Shown here piece after piece: positions 1-9,431 of a DNA stretch of 64,000 bases. Each line of letters starts with the position of its first letter. Position 1 is the stretch's first letter. Location: positions 1 to 64,000 of the forward strand of contig JAAILG010000876.1 of assembly GCA_012026655.1 (NCBI GenBank), read 5' to 3'. The position numbers and the translations under genes are program-made. A model generated the notes under the pieces. The model did not search any database. It saw nothing but the letters and a program-made list of their open reading frames with translations, and had not been told where the DNA came from. The stretch is from Hydrolagus affinis (Eukaryota).

Positions 1-1499
1 AAAAAAAAATGTTTGATAAATGATTTATTTAAAGTGGAGTTTTATCAAGTCGTGGAAAGTCTCACAAAGTGCTTGACAGGGTTTATTGTGCAGTGTCAGT
101 AGGTGAATCCCGCTACAGCTAATTTGCACACAGCAACGTCTCACAAATAGCCATGAATGACATAATTTTATCTGGGGGACTGATGACCACTGGGGAGGTA
201 AACTCCCCTTTTTGTTTGCAGTTCTGTCTGGATTTTTTTTTAATGAAAAAGCTTTTCCCTTAGCTGATCTCTCCTGCTGTTTCCTCCTTGTCAAAGCACA
301 ATTTGTGCAGTTAGGTGGCAGTGGGGCTGCTGTAATTGGTGTGTGTGTTGGGTTAGGGAAGAGGACAATTAGCTGGGGTTTTGAACTCCTTGTTGTTATC
401 CAATCATTTCCTCTGGTGTCTGCTTGTGTGCACCAAGGTAGAACATGCAGTTGGGTTTGAAGTTGATAACCCTTTGCCTCTCTCACAATCAAAACTTGCT
501 GTCTAAGATGATTTTTTTAAAAAAAATAGCCCAATGGAAGTGTACCTGAGCATACCCCAGCTCCTTCAGTGTGAGGAGGGGGAAAGGGGTAATGAGGACC
601 AAGGAAAGGCAAAAACAGGGGGTGATTGTCTGGAATTCCGGTGATTTCTCAGTTTGGTCGCAAAGTACTTGAGCCGTAACTCATTGATAGGAGTCTCTGC
701 CTCAAATGGGAGATTACTATTTATGGGGTGAGGGTGACTTTACCCCCTGATAAATATTTAGGGCTCTCACAGTTCCGAGCAACTTGATGTGATTTCATGA
801 AAATAATCTCTGCAGAAACCTTACTGCCCTATTGATGTCACAGGTTTTCGCTTCTTCAATTTTGATGCTTGCTCTCATTGTCATCACAGTATAGTTAGTG
901 GACTAAATTAAATCACTTTCAGTTGCTAAGAACACAAGAATTGCTAGCCGAAAGAAAAACGAAGGTCTACCCCTGGTTTGCCTTCGACCATCCTGGCAAT
1001 TGCATTCACATGTCACATCCCAAATTATTTACTGTATCCTGAAATATTATCTCCTCTAACAAAAAATCTAATTTGCCCGGTTAGTTTTTCTCGTCTTGCT
1101 GCTTCTCAGCATTGCTCAGTTTTGTCTCCTGATTCCCGACCCCATCCCCTCCCTGTAGCATTCACCTAAAGTAAATGCCACAGGGTATGTTAGCTTATCC
1201 CTGTGGATATACTAACAAATCATATGTTAGCTGATAATATATTAACGTGTATTCTGACTATTCTGGCCTGACTTTTTTTTTAAAAAAGCTTTAGTTTTGA
1301 GAAATAGCTCCTGGTTTCTCAATTAAGATTAATTTCCCCCATCATAATATCTATGTTCTGTAATTTTATTTTGAATATTCTTTTGGGTTTGCCTCTTCTT
1401 GGTAGATTTTTTAATTTTTTTTTGCAATGATTCCTTGATGCTAGCTGTACCGGTTCAGTTTCACTTACAACCAAAGGATTGAATATGGAATGTAGATTT

Positions 1500-1500
<1 letters not shown>

Positions 1501-1535
<35 letters not shown>
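1501..1535. repeat. Compound (CT)n(CA)n microsatellite
   Basis: ctctct...ctcacacacacacaca seen directly. Confidence 0.9.
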
Positions 1536-1537
<2 letters not shown>

Positions 1538-2029
1538 AAACACAATCTTTATCTATACTCGGTTGGGAGGATTGAATATATAAACAAAAATATGCCCTAT
1601 GAAAGTCTTTTCCGTTGCGGTATAATCACGTCTTTGACACAATCGGTTAATGTGTTTTGGCGGACACACAAACATTTTGTCTTTGTTTATATAAAAGATA
1701 TCTAAATTTACTTTTTCTCAATTTCTGTTCTGAATACAGTACATGTACTTCACTCATCTTTACCAACCAGTACTGTATTATATATTGGATTAAATCTGCT
1801 CTATAACATCTTAATTCTAAACTGCCTTAATAGCTTCTCGCTTTGCACAGTGTAATCAGCTTTATTGTTTGTCTACACCTTTTCTAATTTATGTCTTATC
1901 GTCTCATGGTCTGATGGCTATAAACTGTATTTAATAACAATATTCCTCAGCTGATCATATTGTTGAGCTGTCTCAAAGCGTTTCACAGAATATCCAAACA
2001 ACAGATATTCTAAACAATTACTACCAATC

Positions 2030-2165
2030 GCATTTATATAGCACCTTTCATGTCTGGACAATAATAATAATAATCCTTGCATTTGATATATTGCCTTATC
2101 ATGCTGTCAAGATGTCTCAGTGGTTCACAGAATATTCGGTAAAGAAAATTGACTGTATATTTACT
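2030..2165 (-). mobile_element. 3' tail fragments of the tRNA-derived SINE / L2 family
   Basis: aataataataatccttgcatttgatatattgccttatcatg..tcacagaatattcggtaaag..aattgactgtatat is the reverse complement of the SINE tail seen many times in the window. Confidence 0.75.
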
Positions 2166-2284
2166 GGGTGAAACAGTTTCCCCAGCGCAGTGTGGCATCT
2201 CAGAGTAATTTCTGCTAAGTAGTATTCTGTTGTTCTGGCGGTACATCTTTATCCCCATTTAAAAATGTCACCTTGAGAATTGAA

Positions 2285-2860
2285 TGTCAGCTTGCTCATC
2301 AGTACCCACCTCGCCTTCGACACTATTGACCACTCTATCCTCATCTACAGCCTCTCCAATCGCCTCAACTTTCTTCGTTCTAATCTCAAATGGTTCATTT
2401 TTTTACCTCTCACATCCTCTCTAATTCATCTCCAAGTGGTTTCTCTTCTAGGCCCCGCACTGTTTTATGCTGCGTTCCTCAGGGCTCCCTCCGCCTTTGG
2501 TCTCCTCAATATCTATATGCTCTCTCTCATTCACATCATCCGCAGACATGGGGTCAACTTCCACATATATGCAGATGATGCCAACTGTATTTCTCTATCT
2601 CCATCATTGACTCCAGCACCACTGCTGTCAGAATGTCTGTCAGTCGTCAAGTCCTGGATGAGAGCTAACAGTCCTTGTGCATTACTCCATCCCTTGCCTC
2701 CTTCAAGGCCCTCCTCTTTTCATCAACCTACCTTCCCCCTAGCCTTCCATCCTCCCCAAACCTTATCCCTAGTTCCAGTCCAGAATACTGTTTGTTCAGT
2801 GCCTTGGAACGTCCTCCCGATGTAAAAGGTGCTAAACAAATGTAATTTTGTTGTTGTTGT
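2285..2860 (+). mobile_element. L2-clade LINE fragment (degenerate RT, internally deleted, with 3' tail)
   Basis: Broken frames carry AFDTIDHSIL, VPQGS, FHIYADD and SVVKSWM. Ends in ..aaaggtgctaaacaaatgtaattttgttgttgttg. Confidence 0.88.
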
Positions 2861-3571
2861 CTTGAAGTGGCTTTTATGTCATGAGTTGGTTCTTTGCGTA
2901 GCTGAGCAGTGTACTCTGTTTAAGGGGTTCTAGGGCGCCCAATGTAACCCAACCTCAAGTCTGTTTAGCTTCAGCCTGTTTTGCACATCTGGAACAACTT
3001 CATTTTTTTAAAATACATTTTTTTTAACTGTAGAAGTAGAAGTTCCGATGGCAGAGACTAGTTACAAATGTTTTAATGTAATAGAATTGGTTTTGACATT
3101 ATACTAAAGTATCAGTGAGGGAGAGAGAATAGGATACATGTATATTTAGAAGAAATCAATACATACCCAGCCATGGAAGAAACCAATTGTATATAATAAA
3201 CTCCTTATTCCCTTTGTTTCTCTGGTTTAAAGCTTCAGGTAATGTCCACAACATTTACTATGCAGATTCTTGTGATCACTGGACTTACTGGCCAGTATAT
3301 ATATATTTTTCTGAACTGAATGGAATGCTTGGTTTAGATAGTTGTATATCACTGACCCAGAAATCGCAGACCGCCAGAGGCCAAAATAATAGTCAATGCA
3401 ACACAAATTGAATAAAATGCCCTGTGAACTTCACAGTATATGTTGCTGAAATACAATGTGATTTCAAAAGTTTTGTGATTTCACCTTGAGGGATCCGACA
3501 ATAGTTGTAATCTGCTCATTTAACTGTTTCATGCTGTTATTCTCCAAACTCCTTGAATAGATTCCAAACTT

Positions 3572-4395
3572 TAACAACAACAAAATTGCATTTGTATAGC
3601 ACCTTTCACATTGGAAGGACGTCCCAAGGTGCCTCCCAAGGGTTAGGGCTCAGTGTTTCAGACCCGAGCTGGGGGTAGGATCGGCAAGGGGGGGTGACCG
3701 ATCGCACAGTTGAAGAGGAGTGTCTTGAGGTGGCAATTGAAGGCAGCTAGGGTGGGGGTGAAGCAAAAGGATTGCGGGATTGAATTCCAAAGATTGGACG
3801 CAGAGTGACTGAAGGTTTGTCCACCAATGGCGGGGCAGGTAGGTTGGGGGACGTGGAGCAGGTCACAGCCCGCTGAGCGGAGGGAACAGACAGGTTGGTA
3901 GGTGGTTAGGAGGTTGTAGAGGTGGGTGGGGTAAGGCCATGGAGAACTTTGCAGGTGAGGATCTTGAATATTCTGAGTGATGGGGAGCAGCAGAGTCAGC
4001 CGAGAAGTGAGTGATAGATTTGCGGAGTTTGGCGCAGGAGGGGACACGGGCTGCAGAGTTCTGGATGATCTGCAGCCTATGGATGGAGGAATTATGGAGG
4101 CCCACAAATAAGACATTGGCATAGCTGAGCTTGGACATAATGATGGCATGAATGAGAATTTCAGCAGCCTGAGGGGGAGGTATTGGCAAAGCAATGTTGT
4201 GGAGTTGAGGGAAGGCAGAGCAGGTCATGGCATGGATGTGGGGGAGAAAAGACAGTTGAGGCTTGAGCAGGACACCAAGGTTCCTGACTGGTGAGGTGGA
4301 GTGAGCATCCATGGAGGTTGATGCTGCCAGTGCCTGAAGTGTGGAGGCGCTGACATGAGCCAATCAGGAGGACCTCAGGCTGGTAAACCGTTCCT
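3572..4395 (-). mobile_element. L2-clade LINE 3' fragment
   Basis: Minus ORFs contain VRNLGVLLKPQLSF, IHAIIMSKLSYANVLFVGL, RLQIIQNSAARV and FSHSASNLWNSIP. (CAA)n tail at about 3572. Confidence 0.9.
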
Positions 4396-5929
4396 GGGGA
4401 TCTATTTCATGTACAATCTGTGCTCCTTGATTGGAGTCCAGCCTAAATTACCCTCCCAGATACTATTATCGCTACTGTGGACCTGTGGGCTTTAAGCTAT
4501 GATGCTCCCATATCACAATCGAATAGCTCATGGATTCTAACTAACAGTGAGAAGTTTATCTCTCAGGTGAAGTACACTGGAACCTACCAGCACCTGTAGA
4601 ATTATTTATATCAAAATTAGCTTCAATAGACAAAGTAGGGTTGGGGGTGGAAGTGAATTTAGCTGGGAGTAAAAATCAAAATGATGTAAGTGGAGAAAGA
4701 AATCTAACAAAGGACAGAGCAAATGTTGAAACAGGCAGGAAGAAAAGGGAAAGCAACAAAGGCGAAGAGGTGAAGTCGAAAGACAGAGGAGGGTTAACGG
4801 GAGGGTGCCTTGCCTGCTGCTTATAACAAGAATCTCATTATACTGCTAAAAGCTCTTCTATGTTAATTAAACCCAGTGTGGGATGAAGAAATGTGCGAGA
4901 GGCCTAATTGGAAAACAAAATCTACTTCTGAGCTCATTGATGTGTACACCAGCCCAGGTCACAGCTTGTGATGGTGACAGAATCAGTCACAACTCTGCCT
5001 ACAGTGGCTGATCTGGGGGTGGGGGGGAAGAGGAAGTCCCACGTCTCTTCAGCAGCCCGTTTCTTAGGATTTAATGGCTATTAATGGCTGCTTAGATTTT
5101 CCACCCCCCCCACTTTTTTTTCTCTACCATTGTCTACCCTAGTTCCTGGAGGTAGCAATCAAGAATGGTGAGGCGGAACTAAATAGCAAGGACCATTGAT
5201 TGAGGGGCAGTGGTGAATGTAATTGTCAGAACATCTAGGAAATTGTGAGGAGCCTTAGTTTTTTTTTGTGTGTGTGAGGCATATCTTGGGGAAATCACTT
5301 GCTTGGACCATTACCAGAAATGGAGAAAATTACCATTTGCAATTAACCATCCAGCTGCTTCATGCAGTTTCTGTTGTGTACAGGGATGATTTTCCACAAG
5401 TCTAACGTGTATTGAAGTCATGGCATACATCTACTATGATTGGTATGTGAAGCTAATTTGCAGCATTGAGTGTTTGATGGACAGCTTTCAGATGGAGGTG
5501 CACTACCATGCTTCATGTCTCTGTAGACTGGCAGTCATTTCTAAAGAGTACGTACCACAGTCCCTGACCTGCTTGGATTCAAACCGTCAGGCATTGGCCA
5601 CCTTCTGGGACCTGGCAAACTCTTGCGGTCATTATTAATATGGAAATACTGAGAGGCTAAGTGCCATCACAGCTGAGCCCAATTGTACCCTCATTTTTGG
5701 AGAGTAATTCCACCTGGGTCCAGATTTACTCAATTTATGGAGCAGTTTAGAGCATCCAGAATTTGGCATGCGGTTCAATTCAGTCTTAACTTTCGAGTTA
5801 ATTTTCTGCAGTTATTATTGAATAATGTACTGCATGAGTAGGGTGCATTTTCCACTTCCTACACTAACCATCTCAATGGCTTTGTTGATTAGGAATTGTT
5901 GATTTTGTGCTACCTTGTGGGTAGCGATG

Positions 5930-6080
5930 TGCTTTCAGCCCAAACCCACTAGGACGCAAGTTGAAACTGATCCAAACTCATTGCATGTTGGACAGGATAC
6001 AATCAGTCAGGGCTGAATTTCAGCCCAAACCCTCGGAGGTCACAAGATCTTCTTTCATCCATCACCAACCAGTCAGCCCT
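5930..6080 (-). mobile_element. Old LF-SINE-like 5' fragment
   Basis: ccactagga..ccaaactcatt..gggctgaatttcagccc..cctcggaggtcacaag resembles the reverse complement of the LF-SINE head (recalled consensus). Highly diverged. Confidence 0.4.
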
Positions 6081-6171
6081 CTCCCCCCCGTCACCCCAAA
6101 GTATTCCCTTGACTCCAAAATGGACGCCAACACTGTGTAGCATCTTGACAATACAATGTCTTCTTTTGCAG

Positions 6172-6218
6172 GTGCTGCATTGTTCTCAGAGGCTCGAGGT
6201 TCCTACAGTGGATGAAGG
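6172..6218 (+). other. 5' UTR part of the first coding exon (implies an upstream non-coding exon)
   Basis: Polypyrimidine tract plus CAG acceptor at 6160-6171, 47 nt before the ATG. NTN1-type genes have the same layout. Confidence 0.7.
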
Positions 6219-7239
6219 ATGGTGCAAGTTTGGAGAGTGCTTGTCTTTGTCTGTCTCCTGAGAAGCTACCAGGCCATCAACGTATTCGCAGCCCAGCAGA
6301 ACCCGCCAGACCCCTGCTACGACGAGGCCGGGCAGCCCAAGCGCTGCATTCCTGACTTTGTTAACGCTGCCTTTGCCAAAGAGGTGCAGGTGTCAAGCAC
6401 GTGTGGGAGGCCTCCAAACAGATACTGCTTCATCAATGAGAAGGGGGAGGTGAAAACCAAGACATGCCAGATCTGCAATGCTTCTGACCCCAGAAAGGCC
6501 CATCCACCTTCTTACTTGACTGACTTAAATAATGCCCATAATCTAAGCTGCTGGCAGTCAGAAAACTTTTACCAATCTCCCTATAATGTCACGCTTACGT
6601 TTTCTCTGAACAAGAAATTTGAAATCACCTACGTCAGCTTGCAGTTCTGTTCCCCTCGCCCAGAATCCATGGGGATATTTAAATCGATGGATTATGGAAA
6701 GACGTGGGTGCCATTCCAGTATTATTCCTCTCAGTGTCGCAAAATGTACAATAAGCCCAACAAAGCTACAATCACCAAACAGAATGAACAGGAAGCCCTA
6801 TGCACAGATGGGCACACTGACCTTTACCCTCTAACGGGAGGGCTGATTGCCTTCAGTACCCTAGATGGGCGTCCCTCATCTCAAGACTTTGATAACAGCC
6901 CAGTCCTGCAAGACTGGGTGACGGCTACAGACATCAGGGTGGTGTTCAGCCGGCCCCATCTCCTCCGGGACCTAGACCGGCACTACAATGGCAGAGATGG
7001 GAAGCAAGAGGAGATCAGTATGATCCAAGACTCTTACCATTATGCCGTGGCTGACTTTCAGGTGGGCGGACGCTGTAAATGCAATGGACACGCATCCTGT
7101 TGTGTCAAGGACAAGGCAGGAAATCTGGTCTGTGACTGCAAGCACAATACTGCTGGTCCCGAATGTGACAAGTGCAAACCCTTTCACTATGACCGACCGT
7201 GGCAGAGAGCAACAGCTAGAGAAGCCAACGAATGCCTGG
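6219..7239 (+). CDS. NTN3: Netrin-3 (netrin-2 type), first coding exon: signal peptide, laminin N-terminal (LN/VI) domain, first laminin-EGF repeat
   Basis: [89 protein letters not shown]. Acceptor ttcttttgcag ends at 6171, so the exon starts at 6172. Strong Kozak aggATGg at 6219. Donor G|gtaagt after 7239 (phase 1). [11 protein letters not shown], [16 protein letters not shown], SRPHL and EANECL match chicken netrin-2/NTN3 better than NTN1 (recalled sequences). Netrin identity is near certain; the paralog call is less so. Confidence 0.93.
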
Positions 7240-8664
7240 GTAAGTCTAACCTGTTGGGGGCCATTGACAGTACAGCTTGCTCTGTATCATGAGTATTCTT
7301 TTCATATAAAATGAACCCCAAGCCTCCTCCTGAATGATAATTGGCTATTAATAGTTCATTAAGGAGAGGGGATTGGAGGATGTCAAAGAAATGTTTAAGA
7401 AAATTTGAATGTCAGAGAAATGAGGAATATATACCCGTGATAGTGACTTGAAGGCTTTCAGTTATATTTCAAAGGCCATAACATGGCCCAAACTTGTAAA
7501 CTTCCCTTTTGGAAAGGTAAGTGATGGGTTGGCACCGTCACCTTTCTGGAGCTTCGAGGGTATAGAAAGTTAGACATTTGCTACACTGAAGGAGCCCATT
7601 TAGCCCTTCTTGTCTCTTTGTTACCTTCTGAAATCCCATCAGGGACATAATTTTCTAAATCGTTCCTATTGATCTCACTTTCCTGTGTCACCTTGTTTAT
7701 TTACTTCCTTTAAGAACCCTTATTAGTCACCATTGGGCCTTTATTTGATTCTAGTGTGTGTGTGTCTTTCTCTTCCCTGCACCCTCTATCATCATCTTGG
7801 TGTGTGCCATTTACATGCCAGGAGACCTCCATGGCACCAACCAGAAACAATTTTCCATTTGTTCTTAATCAATTTGTTTCTAATTCTCATCGGGAACTGG
7901 AAAGAGCTTTCACTCTCATTTTCACACATTATCATCCACACATAGGTCTCTTTGAAATTAGTTGTTTAGATTTTTTTCTTATCATTTTAAACAAAAAAAC
8001 TGGAAAAACTCAAAATTTCGGTTTGGAGTACCTTAAGCACCCCCCCCTCCTTAAGAAACCATTTTCATGCTGATGTGAAACACCACAAATGGCCCTTTTG
8101 TTATTGTTCAAAATGCAGTTGTTGTTGTTTTGGTTGGCTGCCCTAAACCTGGGCCTGAAAGGATTATAATTCAAATGATGCCAATGCACGTAACAGCAAT
8201 CCCACTAATGTAGGAGAGCCTGAGATTGAAAACAAATATGAACAAATAATTTTAAATCTTCTGGGCTAGACAGAGGGGAAACTTTGCCAAAATCCTAACT
8301 ATATTACCTTCCAAAAAGCCCAGCAGGTAGTGTTTTGTGATGTCTTCCTTTATTTTGAGGGAGCAAACATTTAGCTGAATAAGTGAATGTGTGACTTGAT
8401 TAACATCTTCAGACTTTAATCACAGTTTGCTCGAGAGTGATAGACAGGCTTTGCTCTTGTTGACATGTTAATGTGTGAGTACATAAGGGATAAAGTTTGA
8501 TTAATGTTATCTCTTCTTCGAGTGGCTAGGGAACGAGTTCGATCCTCACCCATATCCCACGAACGATTCATTGAAAAGAGGCATCGCTCCCACTGGAGAC
8601 TTGAGGGTCGTGTTTCCACTTGCTTTTGATGTTGACTTTGAACTTTACCAGGGCAAAACATTTG

Positions 8665-8913
8665 TCAGGATGAAACATTTGGCAAGTTTCCTTATTCCAC
8701 ATGCCTGATAATAACCTCTTAAGACAAAAAAAAAATATTTGGTCACTCAATCCATGACTGTTTGTGAGACACTGTTGTGCGCAATTTGGCTGCCACATTT
8801 TGCCCATATATATATACAGTCAGTTCACTTTACAGTATATTCTGTGAATCAATTTGAGATGTCTAAAAGATGTGAAAAGTGCTACATCAAATACATCAAG
8901 GTTTATTATTATT
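8665..8913 (+). mobile_element. tRNA-derived SINE (young family), 5'-truncated, internally deleted variant
   Basis: caggatgaaacatttggcaagtttccttattccaca..tgtttgtgagacactgttgtgcgcaatttggctgcc..cagttcactttacagtatattctgtg..gctacatcaaatacatcaaggtttattattat. Confidence 0.85.
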
Positions 8914-9343
8914 TACCAAATGGTGAAATTAAACAGCAGGCTGCACACTGTGGTGTCTGTTCACTGGCAGCTGTTGTACGATTTAGGCCGTTTTATCTGC
9001 CTCCAAAACAGTTGCATTGTCCTGTCATGGTCCAGATAGTTTGGGGTGGGAGGATAAGGATTGTGTTTTGGGTGAGATTCCTGACCAAAGGAATTCTTGC
9101 TACCAATCGTGCTTGCAATCTCTTGTCCCCACTGTGTGGGTGGCAGTTTATTAAGGGCTGTTGGCATGAGTGTGATCCTGTAGTACAGAGACCCCAAGGG
9201 CCATTGCCACAATCTTGTTTCATGGCTAGGAGAAGAGAGTGCACCTGTACTGGTTACTTCTGCAAACCTATTTATTCAGGCACAAATGTGGAATGTTATT
9301 CATTCAATATATTTGATCAATGCCTTGTCTCTGCTGATCCTAG

Positions 9344-9431
9344 CCCAGGTAGCAAGCCCATATGGGCCCCATATGGGACAAATTGGGTTGATCCATGCCC
9401 TTATGGGCCCCATATGGGCTTGCTACTTGGG
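9344..9431. mobile_element. 88-bp palindromic MITE-like element with 3-bp TSD (TAG), CMC/EnSpm-like CCCA(G/A) ends
   Basis: TAG|cccaggtagcaagcccatatgggccccatatggg..cccttatgggccccatatgggcttgctacttggg|TAG. The 34-bp arms match at 31/34. Confidence 0.75.

Noticed and set aside
25-2000. Short ORFs and a possible promoter or first exon at the window start
   Set aside because: No CpG island, no convincing exon boundaries and no protein similarity. The transcription start cannot be placed from sequence alone.
7240-7292. ORF-track extension [17 protein letters not shown] suggesting a 357-aa single-exon protein
   Set aside because: It is read-through past a consensus G|gtaagt donor. The netrin frame resumes at 30718, and I see no canonical AATAAA right after the stop.
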